Position numbers and translations under genes: made by a program. From Macrostomum hystrix (taxonomy: Eukaryota > Animalia > Platyhelminthes): a stretch of 64,000 bases of DNA. The notes under the pieces are model-generated. The model was not told the DNA's origin. It saw only the letters and a program-made list of their open reading frames with translations, and made no database searches. The first letter of the stretch is position 1, and each line of letters begins with the position of its first letter. The stretch covers positions 5,332,001-5,396,000 of the forward strand of contig CATNEN010000007.1 of NCBI GenBank assembly GCA_950097015.1, in the 5' to 3' direction. This document shows positions 1 to 12,262 of the stretch, piece by piece.

Positions 1-411
1 TTAGGCTGGCTTAGATCAGTTTAGGTAGGCTTAGATCAGTTTAGGTTGGCTTGGATCAGTTTAGGCTGGCTTGGATCAGTTTAGGCTGGCTTAGATCAGT
101 TTAGGCTGGCTTGGATCAGTTTAGGCTGGCTTAGATCAGTTTAGGTTGGCTTAGATCAGTTTAGGTTGGCTTGGATCAGTTTAGGTTGGCTTGGATCAGT
201 TTAGGCTGGCTTGGATCAGTTTAGGCTGGCTTAGATCAGTTTAGGTTGGCTTAGATCAGTTTAGGTTGGCTTGGATCAGTTTAGGCTGGCTTGGATCAGT
301 TTAGGTTGGCTTGGATCAGTTTAGGCTGGCTTAGATCAGTTTAGGTTGGCTTGGATCAGTTTAGGCTGGCTTAGATCAGTTTAGGTTGGCTTGGATCAGT
401 TTAGGCTGGCT
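1..411. repeat. 20-bp minisatellite (TTAGGYTGGCTTRGATCAGT)n, truncated by the window start
   Basis: About 20 tandem units are visible, varying at only two positions. Confidence 0.97.
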
Positions 412-1565
412 GACTACCCTAACCGAATACTTAGATCGGCTTAGGTGTGTGTCTGGTAGTTCTGAGTAAAATTTAGGCTTGTATAGATGAGCAGACTGCC
501 CTAACGAATACTCTATAAGCTTCAAAATCCAGCACATTTTGATTACCTTTGAAAAATCAGTGTTAACTCTTAGAATATTGACCAATTTAGAAGAACTTAT
601 TCAAGTGTGAATGACTAAGCGCTGTCACAAAGACAAAATCAAACCATTGAAGTCCTCATTCCATCCTCAAGCCCCTAAAACGACCAACCACAAGCTGAAG
701 CCCTTGCCGATCAGAATAATTTGAGGCCCGCTTCGCCCCTATGGACAGTCGATTGACTTGACAGGCCTCTCCTAATGTGAGACGGATTGGCGAAATTGGG
801 GATTGAAAACATTGCTGCGATTTCCCAGAAAAAACCAAGTGATCCGCGCCGAGAGGCGATAGCGAAGACAAAGAGGATATTTGGGTAGGGGCTTGTATCC
901 CACACCTTGACGATGAGACCCCTAATTGGGCCGAGCATATTTGAAAGCGATCAAGCGCATTTTGAGGAGCCTTTGCGTGCGCTGAGTCGGGCACACCTTG
1001 TTTTCCTCTTTCTCCCAGACCTCTCAGAGCGGCCGCTCAGTCACAAGGGGATCTTGGGATATTGCTAGCCGACTTCTTGCATCCCTTCTGGTCTCTTCTG
1101 GTGAGCGAAGGCGCAAATATCGTCAGCTGCGGCTGGGACTGGTCAGATCCATGCGGCCTCATCCTCATTTACCTCCTGCTCAGTACCTGCTCTTCTGTGC
1201 GCTCAGCCGTGCCTGCAATTTTAGATCCCTCTTTCCAGATCCCTTTTCCCCGGCACAGTTGCCCGCCTTCTCAAGGGGGGCTCGCCTGCTCTTGGCAACC
1301 TCTCGTGTATAATACGGTCATTGGGATTGGGATCTCGATTTCTCTTCTTGCGCCTCTCATGGAAATCCTCGCCTTTTTCGGTGCCTTTTGAAGCTCCTGA
1401 TTAACGGTGGCCGCAGGCTCCCCGCTGTGCGCACCTGCGTGCTCAAGTACTCGAGATCGGCTTCGAGGGACCCGGGATTTACTATGAGGATAATGGGGGT
1501 CCGCTGTTGGCAGCCCTGCTGTAGACATGCCCAACATGTACCTCTACTACTAATCTCTGCCTTCT

Positions 1566-2300
1566 ACCTGTTCCACTCTACCTCTCCCAGTCAACCTCTC
1601 CCGCTCTACCTCTTCCGCTCTACCTCTCCCAGTCAACCTCTCCCGCTCTACCTCTCCCAGTAAACCTCTCCCGCTCTACCTCTCCCAGTAAACCTCTCCC
1701 GCTCTACCTCTTCCGCTCTACCTCTCCCAGTCAACCTCTCCCGCTCTACCTCTCCCAGTAAACCTCTCCCGCTCTACCTCTCCCAGTCAACCTCTCCCGC
1801 TCTACCTCTTCCGCTCTACCTCTCCCAGTCAACCTCTCCCGCTCTACCTCTCCCAGTAAACCTCTCCCGCTCTACCTCTCTACCTCTCCCGCTCTACCTC
1901 TCCCGCTCTACCTCTCCCAGTAAACCTCTCCCGCTCTACCTCTCCCAGTAAACCTCTCCCGCTCTACCTCTCCCAGTAAACCTCTCCCGCTCTACCTCTC
2001 CCAGTAAACCTCTCCCGCTCTACCTCTCCCAGTAAACCTCTCCCGCTCTACCTCTCTACCTCTCCCGCTCTACCTCTCCCGCTCTACCTCTCTACCTCTC
2101 CCGCTCTACCTCTCCCGCTCTACCTCTCTACCTCTCCCGCTCTACCTCTCCCGCTCTACCTCTCTACCTCTCCCGCTCTACCTCTCCCGCTCTACCCCTC
2201 CCGCTCTACCTCTCCCAGTCAACCTCTCCTGCTCTACCTCTCCCAGTCAACCTCTCCCGCTCTACCTCTCCCGCTCTACCTCCCCCGTTCTACCTCTCAC
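1566..2300. repeat. Pyrimidine-rich minisatellite built from ~14-bp subunits (CTCTACCTCTCCCG / CAGTMAACCTCTCC)
   Basis: Direct tandem repetition with mixed 14- and 28-bp periods. Confidence 0.95.
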
Positions 2301-3650
2301 ACTCTTCCGAATGAGCTAGTGAGAGGAGACGTGAATCCTCTCCCGACCCCCTTTGGTTCTTCCTGTCCGTCTGCTGTTTGGCGGCAAGCCTTGTGCTGTG
2401 CTAGGCAGTACACGTGTTTCCCGCTTTTCATTTGCATTTGAAATCCCAATCTATATGGAAATAGGTCCCTGCCCATACTCCAGCCTCACAAAATATCCTC
2501 ACCTTCTTTCATATGTCTAGTTGATGAAAGTGAAACACAACTTCTGATCAGCAAATTTTTCGGAGTCAGCCATGCAGAAGCAAAAAAATGATAAGCTCAA
2601 CTAAAAAAGGTATCGATAGAAAAACAACAACCAATTCTCCGCCAAGTTTTCCCCATCTCCATCAAGGAAAAGTTTGCGCCTCGACTTTCTCTGGGGCAGC
2701 TCCGTCTCTTCTCTGGTTGGCCTGAAACCGAGCGGAAAAATATAATGATGCGGGCCCGCGGGCTGGCCTAATTGAAAGCGCGCACAAATGTTTCATGCCT
2801 TAGTATAAATATTGTTGCAATGGAGCCTCCCTGCCCTGCGGCGGGTAAACACTGAGCGCTTGCTCAGCTCTGCTCAACACGGCTAATTGAGTCCACCCCC
2901 AGTCTGCCGCGGCGGGCGCCCCCCCCACCTTGCAGGGCCTCCGAAAATTCGGTAAAAATCTGGCCCGGCGAACTAATCAGACAATTTTTTCGGGGCTGAG
3001 CTCGGATGCAGCCGAGCGCAATGAGGATGTTGGGACCGCCGTCACCACTTTCACCAGCCCCCCCCCCGATTTCACGCTTGGCCGCGGCCCCCCCTCAATT
3101 CCTCGGCAAGGAGGCTGTGCCTGCTTCTATTATTAAAAATTTGCAGCGAGTTTTCACTCTTTCATTTCCAGCTTTAAATTCACGAAAGACTCTGGCGCCA
3201 CCACCCCGCCAGCCCGCTTTTGTGTAATGAGGGATCCATTAAAACTCTTTTGAGTCCCCTTTACTCCCGGGCTCGACTCGATTCAACTTTTCAGCTCTCG
3301 CCATTTCGTCCTCATTTCCCGCTTTCCCCACGCTACTTTACAATTTTCTTTCACGATCAAGATCCCATTTATTTATCCCAAAGTTAACTCCCCTTTGACC
3401 TGAGCACGCACGGATTCAGGCCAAGGATCGCGAGCTGCAGACATGTTTTATCTCAGCTGGTTGATCTCTGACTCGCCTGAAAGCTGCGAGACACTTTTCG
3501 CTGAGCAATGAGCACCGGTGAGTTGGGGCGATGGGGCGAGACCGATGGAATCTACAAGTTTGGAGTCTGTTTCGTGAGAAAGCGGAAATGGTTCGTGCGA
3601 CTGCGTCTGTGTGCCCTAACAAGACATGATCTCAAACTTAATGATTGGAT

Positions 3651-4104
3651 CTGATCTGAATTCGAATCAGCATCAGAATCCAAATCCTAATCCTAATCCG
3701 AATCCTAATCCGAATCCGAATCCGAATCTGAATCTGAATCCAAATCCGAATCCGAATCTGAATCTGAATCCAAATCCGAATCTGAATCTGAATCTGAATC
3801 CAAATCCGAATCTGAATCTGAATCCAAATCCGAATCTGAATCTGAATCTGAATCCAAATCTGAATCTGAATCCGAATCTGAATCTGGATCTGGATCTGAA
3901 TCTGAATCTGAATCTGAATCCAAATCTGAATCTGAATCCGAAACTGAATCTGAATCTGAATCTGAATCCGAAACTGAATCTGAATCCGAATCTGAATCTG
4001 AATCCGAATCTGAATCTGAATCCGAAACTGAATCTGAATCTGAATCTGAATCTGAATCTGGATCTGGATCTGAATCCGAATCAGAATCCGAATCTGAATC
4101 TGAA
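3651..4104. repeat. Hexamer microsatellite (TCTGAA/TCCGAA/TCCAAA)n
   Basis: Direct 6-bp periodicity; it explains the NL-, QI- and DS-repeat ORFs. Confidence 0.97.
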
Positions 4105-5473
4105 TTGTTCTCAGTCCAGATCCAGCCATCTGCAGTGAGCAGTCTAAACTTGATTTGCTAATTGTGGTAACCCGAGTGCTCACGCGGAGAAAACGCGCAC
4201 ATTCCGCACCGAATTCTCTTGTCAGCTCAGTTAATCAAAGTGAAAAGATGTTGTCATAATTCGAGTATCACGTGTCACTAAGCCAAACTTTGGCCCTTCA
4301 CTGTAGTAACACAAAATCCGGGTAATTATTAGCCATTGAACCTCTGCCCCCCAGAAGTATCCCCATTGATTCGGGATATTCCGCGACTGCTCCCACGCCG
4401 TCACCTCCACTGCCGAGATGAGCAGCGGAGATAGTGTCGCATTTTGGGATCTTTGTACGCCGCACACGCATGGATGGCTTGCAGTCGGGATTTCTCGGTA
4501 TTGTCGCTATTATACAGGTGGGATCTGTTCCGAAACATAATATCCTCGGGGCAGCTTCTAGGGGATAATATCCCAAAGTCACTCTCCTCCAGCCAGATCG
4601 CTCTGTTTGGCCGACAAACAACCGAAAACAGACCAACCAAACCACTCGAATCCCGCACCCGGTGTTGAGTCGGCTTTTCTGTGGGATAAAATGCTCAGAA
4701 ATGAAATGAAATCTAACTATAGTTGCCATGCCGACGCCATAGCTCTAGGTCCACTCTCTCCCCGTCTCCCACAGACCCCAGCGGGGGTTCTGTGTTTTTA
4801 GGCAAAGCTTTCAAATAGTCCAGGAGAGAATTTTCAGATTTTTTCCCAGACCAAATCTATGAGGCTTGGCGGGAGAGCTGCTTCCGCCTGACTGAGCCAC
4901 CGCTTCTTAGCCCGACCTTCCGCCTCTGCCCCACGCAAACAGCCCGGGAAAGAAAGCGCCCACAATGGCCGGCATTCAGGCAGTGTTTTGGAGTCCAAAT
5001 TGAGTCCCTAAATCGGCCCCATTCCGCTTGCCCGCTCCGGCACAAAGTCGCCGATTGTAGAGATGCCCGCAGATGGGGAGGGGGGTTGCCGGCACTTCGT
5101 GGCGAGACAAACCATCCGGAGGTTCGGAGGCTGTGAATTCCCAGATTCCCCTGCCCGCCCGCTGAGACTCAGGGGGGAGCAGGGCGGGATGTTAAGTCCC
5201 CAGGTATTGGGTTCTTGTGGGATTTTCTGCCGCACTGAGCCGCAGGAATGCAACTCAGCCAGTGGGATGAGAAATCTGAGTCCCATTTGGGATTCTACTT
5301 GCCGTGTGATTTGCTCAGCGTGAAGCTGCGGGGATATGATACAGTGCTCAGCCTTCATGCGCCACTGCCCGCCTTCGCCTTCATCTTTCCAAGACAAAAA
5401 CTTGTAAAAGTTCTTTTTATATCCTATTTTCAATCGAGAAATTTTTGACTCTTTATCCTGAAGTTTGTCAATC

Positions 5474-5770
5474 CGCCCTCCTGAAGTCTGTCTCTCCGCC
5501 CTCCTGAAGTTTGTCTCTCCGGCTCCCTGAAGTCTGTCTCTCCGCCCTCCTGAAGTCTGTCTCTCCGCCCTCCTGAAGTCTGTCTCTCCGCCCTCCTGAA
5601 GTCTGTCTCTCCGCCCTCCTGAAGTCTGTCTCTCCGCCCTCCTGAAGTTTGTCTCTCCGCCTCCCTGAATTTCTGTCTCTCCGCCCTCCTGAAGCTTTGT
5701 CTCTCCGCCCTCCTGAAGTTTGTCTCTCCGCCTCCATGAAGTTCTGTCTCTCCGCCCTCTTGAAGTTCCG
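5474..5770. repeat. 23-bp minisatellite (CCGCCCTCCTGAAGTCTGTCTCT)n
   Basis: About 12 tandem units that degenerate towards the right. Confidence 0.95.
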
Positions 5771-5789
5771 TCTATCCATATTCCTGTAG

Positions 5790-6117
5790 CTCGCTATCCA
5801 TCTTCCTGAAGCTTGCTATCCATCTTCCTGAAGCTTGCTATCCATCTTCCTGAAGCTTGCTATCCATCTTCCTGAAGCTTGCTATCCATCTTCCTGAAGC
5901 TTGCTATCCATCTTCCTGAAGCTTGCTATCCATCTTCCTGAAGCTTGCTATCCATCTTCCTGAAGCTTGCTATCCATCTTCCTGAAGCTTGCTATCCATC
6001 TTCCTGAAGCTTGCTATCCATCTTCCTGAAGCTTGCTGTCCATCTTCCTGAAGCTTGCTGTCCATCTTCCTGAAGCTTGCTATCCATCTTCCTGAAGCTT
6101 GCTATCCATCTTCCTGA
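5790..6117. repeat. 22-bp minisatellite (GCTATCCATCTTCCTGAAGCTT)n
   Basis: About 15 near-identical units; shares the TCCTGAAG core with the adjacent array. Confidence 0.96.
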
Positions 6118-6904
6118 CGGATTAACCGCTCCCAGCTTTGAAAATTAAGGGCTGAAAGTTGGTCACTCGGAGTGAGCTCGTAATTGCAGCGGCAAATTAG
6201 CTCGTATAGGTGTTTCAGGGGATAAATGAATTTTCCATTATCCCTTTCCTCCCAACGGGCGGTGCCGCTTCCCCGCCTTGCTCTGTTTCACCTGCAATCC
6301 TCAATCAAAGCGGGACTCCTTCCCTGCACCGGCAGAATCCCATTATTGCGGATTCCCAAATTTGCGCTGTTTCTCTGCGAAGCCAAGGCAAGCGGAAAAT
6401 CTGGTTAGGAGCTGCTGCGGATGCCCGGGGGACTGCGGCAAATTCCTGTTCCGAGACCTCAGCTTGTAGAAAATATGCTTTCAGGGAAGCTATATCGATC
6501 TCTTCATTGCTTCGTCTGTTTTGGCGCGCTGTGTCGATGGAGGGGCTTAGCAGGTGGGTGCTGCCATTAGGTATGAGTAGCTTGGGATATTTTTTCGTGG
6601 GAAACATCAGAACGGTTGGTTTTTGTCTTACTCCGCTTTGAGCACTGGAATGTAAGTGGGCAGCTATTGCTCTATACAGGCTGAAACTGAGATTCGATTC
6701 GCATGCTTGCTGCGAGCCGACAGCTGTTGGAGACACAACTGACTCAGCCTGGAGTAGAGAAAGACTTGGTGGGGCAGAAACTGAGATTCAGTGGGGGAGA
6801 ATTTTAGATTCATATGTTGAGAAACGTAGTTTCAATGAGAGAGAAAGAATAATTAGAGAGAGGGAGAAGAAAGCTCAGGTAGAGAGTGGGAAAACTGACG
6901 GGAG

Positions 6905-7195
6905 AGAGAGAAACTAAGGGGAGATAAACTCAGGGGAGAGAAGCTCAGGGGAGAGAAACTCAGGGGAGAGAAACTCAGGGGAGAGAAGCTCAGGGGGAGA
7001 GAAACTCAGGGGGAGAGAAACTCAGGGGGGAGAAACTCAGGGGGGAGAAACTCAGGGGGAAAACTCAGCGGGGAGAAACTCAGGGGGAGAACTCAGGGGG
7101 TAGAAACTCAGTGGGGAGAAACTCAGGGGGGAGAAACTCAGGGGGAGAGAAACTCAGGGGGGAGAAACTCGGGGGGAGAGAAACTCAGGGAGAGA
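6905..7195. repeat. G-rich ~15-16-bp minisatellite (GAGAAACTCAGGGG(G))n
   Basis: Tandem units with variable G-run length. Confidence 0.92.
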
Positions 7196-10100
7196 GAGTG
7201 AAGCTCATGGGAGACTGCGAAAACATTGTGTTGTATGCAAGTTGCTCGTACTACGGATGTGAGAGTACATTCTCGGTGAGGCCACCTCAGACTCTGAGGA
7301 TCAGCGTAAAGATGGGAGCTATTTTTCGATACTTCCCAGAGTTGCGGAGAAGTGGACCTAAATCCCTGCCAGTCATTTTTAGAATTTATAGGGATTTTAT
7401 CTGTGGATCTGACTTCCACGGAGAAGAGGATGGGAGCGAATTATTTTTTGGAATTTTGATAAATACGATTTGGCCGCTGAAGGTGCGCTGATCGAATCCC
7501 TCGGAGCTTACGGCCCCGCCTTTCCCCCTTTCTCCCTGTTTTCCGCTCGAGTTAGTCGATAATGACTCCGCAAAGGCTTGGGTGTAGCTTCTGTATATAT
7601 ATTATCGATTTTGAACCTCCCGTCTCCAGTCGCCAAGGAACCCAGCAGATGCGGACAAAGATTGGGGAGTCCTGAGTTCTCCCGAGTTCGAGCTGCCTGC
7701 CGTCTGTCTTCTAGAAGCATAGGAGTCAAGCTTCCTCTGGCTCCTTGTTCTCATATTCTCCCGATACATTTTCGATCAGACATCTACACAATGGCCAGTA
7801 ACACCCTGCGACACGCGATGCCGTGTCACCGAGTTGTTCAATCTGTTGACGGCTATTAATCACAGCTTTGATGAAGAGCAAACACACACACACACACATA
7901 CACCAGCGCATGCCTATAGCTCATACAAGCTCATCAATTATTCAGTCTCGAGAGAAAGCTCTGTGCTCAAAAACTAGTTTTTTTTGTCCTTGCATATGGG
8001 ATTGGATACAGAATGCATTGATTGGTACTGTCTCATCCAGTTCCCTAATTTGAATTTTCAATCAAGTATTAAGCCAGTCAGTGTCAGTGAGCAACTTGAG
8101 AACACAAGCTTATGAGCCTGGCCGAATTAGCATAATAAGGTCAGGCGAACTCTGTGTTGCTGGGAGGCTTGGCAAGGCTAGAGACAGTTTGAGCAGGCAA
8201 CTGCCGATCCCTCTGGCGTTGACAATCGTTAATCCCATTCTGCAGCCTTTTCTCTGTGTGAGTTTATATAGCGCACCCCCCAATGTAGTTCGTCGCTCTA
8301 ATACAGGTTCTAATGCAATTTCCTGTTCTGAGATTTGCTTCCAGTTGCTTGAGCACACAGACTCACATTCGCTGTGTATATGCGCATGGTCCACGTGGCC
8401 TCCCCTAGCGATGCGCTGCCCCCCAGTCCAATGGCTACTCTGTTCCGCCCTTCACAGCGCTTCAAATTATTGTAAGCAATGAAAGTAGCTATAGGGCCAA
8501 TGCTACATGCGTATTTCGCAACTTCGGAAAAAACCCTGCAGTGTATCCATCATGGAAAGTATGCGCTTTTGAGTACAGTGACTCCAGTTGCTATCTATTT
8601 TAGCAATTAGACTTTTTTAACTTGTGCGCAAATTCGACGGACATAATCTGAGTTCGGAGCCCCATAGCAACTAGGCCTATAGGAAATGCGTGCGTTAGTC
8701 TGAACTATGCAGTTAAATCTGTTCAACTCTATCCGATAATGAGTTTGCGTGTATTTGTTGGCTAAAGATTTCAAGTAAATAATAACACCACTTTATTATA
8801 CAGGATTACACTGTTAGATACAATGGATGGCCTCATTAACTGCATTGAGTATGTGAGCACACTGTCCCGCCATAGCAGCTACTATATAAGCCCGGATAAT
8901 CCTTTCACACATGCTATACAAAATATGAGGCTAAATCCTGTAGCAAATTTTTGCCTTTAAGAATGTGACAAAAACAGATTCCTATTTCCTTGCGTTAAAG
9001 TTTTTCTAACAACATTCAGTATTTTTTCGATTTTTTTCCGTATAAAATTCACACCTCTGTTGCTATGCATGGGATCTTGTGATCATTGGCTGTCAAATTA
9101 GCTTGATGATGGCTATTGTGCGGGCATAGAGGTGTCATGAGGGGCTCGTTAAGTATGTTTTGTTTGTTTTTGTTTTTGCCTCCTGCACTCCCCTCTGTCC
9201 TTACTCCCTCTCTCCCCTCTCTTCTCCCCTTTCTCCCCTTTCACTCCCCTCTTAGCCTCTCCGTTCTGTCCCATCTCCATTCCCTGATGTCTCATCCACT
9301 CTCCCCCTGACCGCATTTTTTGGTACCCTTTTCCTATAAAATTCACTCACGAAAAAAGCAATATTTATTAGCAATTCCTTATAACAGTTACTTTCTTGTA
9401 TGTTCGATCCAAACAAAACATTAATTTATTGTTGTTTTTGAACCGACCACATCATATTCAATAATGAAGCTCTCATAGCATATACGTGTGTTGTGCCCGT
9501 TTATAAATATCAACTTTCTCAAGTGTTGACACTTCCTATAGATATTTTTTAGAAAAGTTATAAAAATACTTTTACACAACATTAGCCCTAAATGAAAACA
9601 TTGTAGATTATTACAATATTAAAAACCCGTTGGCTATTATTGTAATATAGTATGTTAAAATATTTTTGAGAACAATAAAATAACTATGCGATTTGGAATC
9701 GTAACACTTCATCCCCTGTGGGATATTTGGGAAGTCACAAAGCATGCATCTAGCTCGTATATCATGATGATTCGGTCAAGACACAACAGAATCCGCATGC
9801 ACTGCAGCAAATGCCTTTAGGCGCTAACGCGGAACCCATAATACGAGCTACGATGTTATGCAGGTAAAAAGCGCAAGGGAAAGTTACTGATTAAGCACTT
9901 CAATTGGATTATACTACATGATGTAATGCTTCTTTTTTCCATATGGGACTCTTTAATAATGAATGTTTAAACACTGAAATTGCTCTATTTTCTGCATATA
10001 AATAATGAATATACGAGAGATGCAGTGCAATAACACGCTTGGCAGCGTGTGAAATCACCACCACGCCTGCCTGGGATAATCTGAAATCAGTGAGATCCCT

Positions 10101-10595
10101 AGTAACTGATAATGCGCCCTAGTAGCGTCATATAACATGGGGAAATTCTTCATGCCGCAGCTTCATGCGCTGAATTTAATTCCCAATTCTGAGACTCCCT
10201 TTTTCGAGTGTATAAAACCACCGTTTGATTGCCATCTGCAATAAAAATCATTTCAATTGGTCCGACTTCATGCTCGGCGCCATGCAGATTTTAATTATGC
10301 TCAACGCGCTGCAGAGAAAGTCTTGGAAGCGAAATCCCAAGAGTTTATAGATATCATTATGGGCATTGCTGAGTTCAAGTGGGCTCAATAACTCTGCAGG
10401 TATTGAAGACCTGCCATGCACCTGGCTGGAATCTGCAGTCAGATCACAGCGATAGAGTCAAGATTGAGGTCAGCGTGAGATTACAGTAGAACAATATGGG
10501 GGAATGGGTGGTAACCATTACGGAACCGTAAGAATGAGGGAGAGTGAAAGTTTCATAGATAAAGGCATGGTAGGGGAAACACGTTTATGATTATG

Positions 10596-11586
10596 GAGAG
10601 ATGAGACGGTTGGGGAGATGAGAAGGTTGGGGAGATGAGAAGGTTGGGGAGATGAGAAGGTTAGGGAGATGAGTAGGTTAGGGAGATGAGAAGGTTGGGG
10701 AGATGAGAAGGTTGGGGAGATGAGTAGGTTAGGGAGATGAGTAGGTTAGGGAGATGAGTAGGTTAGGGAGATGAGTAGGTCAGGGAGATGAGTAGGTTAG
10801 GGAGATGAGTAGGTTAGGGAGATGAGTAGGTTAGGGAGATGAGTAGGTTAGGGAGATGAGTAGGTTAGGGAGATGAGTAGGTTAGGGAGATGAGTAGGTT
10901 AGGGAGATGAGTAGGTTAGGGAGATGAGTAGGTTAGGGAGATGAGTAGGTTAGGGAGATGAGTAGGTTAGGGAGATGAGTAGGTTAGGGAGATGAGTAGG
11001 TTAGGGAGATGAGTAGGTTAGGGAGATGAGTAGGTTAGGGAGATGAGTAGGTTAGGGAGATGAGTAGGTTAGGGAGATGAGTAGGTTAGGGAGATGAGTA
11101 GGTTAGGGAGATGAGTAGGTTAGGGAGATGAGTAGGTTAGGGAGATGAGTAGGTTAGGGAGATGAGTAGGTTAGGGAGATGAGTAGGTTAGGGAGATGAG
11201 TAGGTTAGGGAGATGAGTAGGTTAGGGAGATGAGTAGGTTAGGGAGATGAGTAGGTTAGGGAGATGAGTAGGTTAGGGAGATGAGTAGGTTAGGGAGATG
11301 AGTAGGTTAGGGAGATGAGTAGGTTAGGGAGATGAGTAGGTTAGGGAGATGAGTAGGTTAGGGAGATGAGTAGGTTAGGGAGATGAGTAGGTTAGGGAGA
11401 TGAGTAGGTTAGGGAGATGAGTAGGTTAGGGAGATGAGTAGGTTAGGGAGATGAGTAGGTTAGGGAGATGAGTAGGTTAGGGAGATGAGTAGGTTAGGGA
11501 GATGAGTAGGTTAGGGAGATGAGTAGGTTAGGGAGATGAGTAGGTTAGGGAGATGAGTAGGTTAGGGAGATGAGTAGGTTAGGGAG
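10596..11586. repeat. 17/18-bp minisatellite (AGATGAGTAGGTTAGGG)n containing TTAGGG
   Basis: More than 50 tandem units with a homogeneous centre and variant units at the left edge. Confidence 0.97.
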
Positions 11587-11874
11587 AAGGATTAGGGGTG
11601 GTTGGGAAGGAGGCACAGATTTAGATGCAGCTCTACTTCCCTTTTTCTCAATCTCCCTTTCTATCTGCTCTCCTTAATGAGCCAGTTCTAAAAACTCAAA
11701 TAACATTTACGCATTGTTAAGCCAGGCAAATTACACATTGCCAGAAATGAGATTTGTTGTGTTCAAATCGAAGCAGAGAAGTAGATCAAGCAAAACAAAC
11801 GAAAATTAGTTTCCCCTTATCCCGAAGCCAAGTATGTTTACACAAACGAAAAATGCTTGTTTGACTAAATCTAT

Positions 11875-12050
11875 TCGCTCTCTGATTGGCTGGCATGCCA
11901 GCGGAGTCGCCAGCCAATGGGCAGTGAGTTAGGCTGGGGCCCAGCGGAGGGGGGTTGCGGCAACGCGGCAGTGCAGTCCGCTGGGCATTAGCCGCGCCTG
12001 GCTGCCCGAGCCCATCCGTGCTCAATCATCAATTTAGTCTGCCGCCACCT
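11875..12050 (+). promoter_or_regulatory. Candidate Pax6 upstream promoter (two CCAAT boxes plus GC-rich boxes)
   Basis: CTGATTGGCT at about 11882, CAGCCAATGG at about 11911 and a GC-rich tract at 11930-12010, followed by a perfect splice donor at 12263. Confidence 0.5.
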
Positions 12051-12262
12051 CCTTCCAATTCGCTGAGGCGAGAGCGGAGGGAGAGAGGAGAGAGAGTGAG
12101 CGACTCTGAGCCCCTGCCCTCCGCCCTGTGCGAATAAAACACAACTGACTGGCGCAGAAGGCCCCCAAACCCTCTGCTTCCGCGCCACTTGCCTTGCCCG
12201 TCTGCTCCACTGGCTGGCGCGCACACTGCTCACACAGGGACCGCCGATTTTGCATCTCACAG
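12050..12262 (+). other. Candidate non-coding first exon of Pax6 (start approximate)
   Basis: Ends in CAG|GTAAGT, a full consensus donor, at 12262/12263. It lies downstream of the CCAAT boxes and upstream of the Pax6 ATG exon. Confidence 0.5.

Noticed and set aside
1-411. TTAGG-containing repeat as a telomere
   Set aside because: TTAGG occurs once per 20-bp unit, not as a pure short telomeric repeat.
600-1550. GC-balanced segment with several short ORFs as a retroelement or gene remnant
   Set aside because: I could not recognise any RT, gag, endonuclease or other motif, nor consistent splice signals; a translated search would be needed.
3626-4183. ORFs encoding NL-, QI- and DS-repeat proteins
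   Set aside because: Translations of a hexamer microsatellite.
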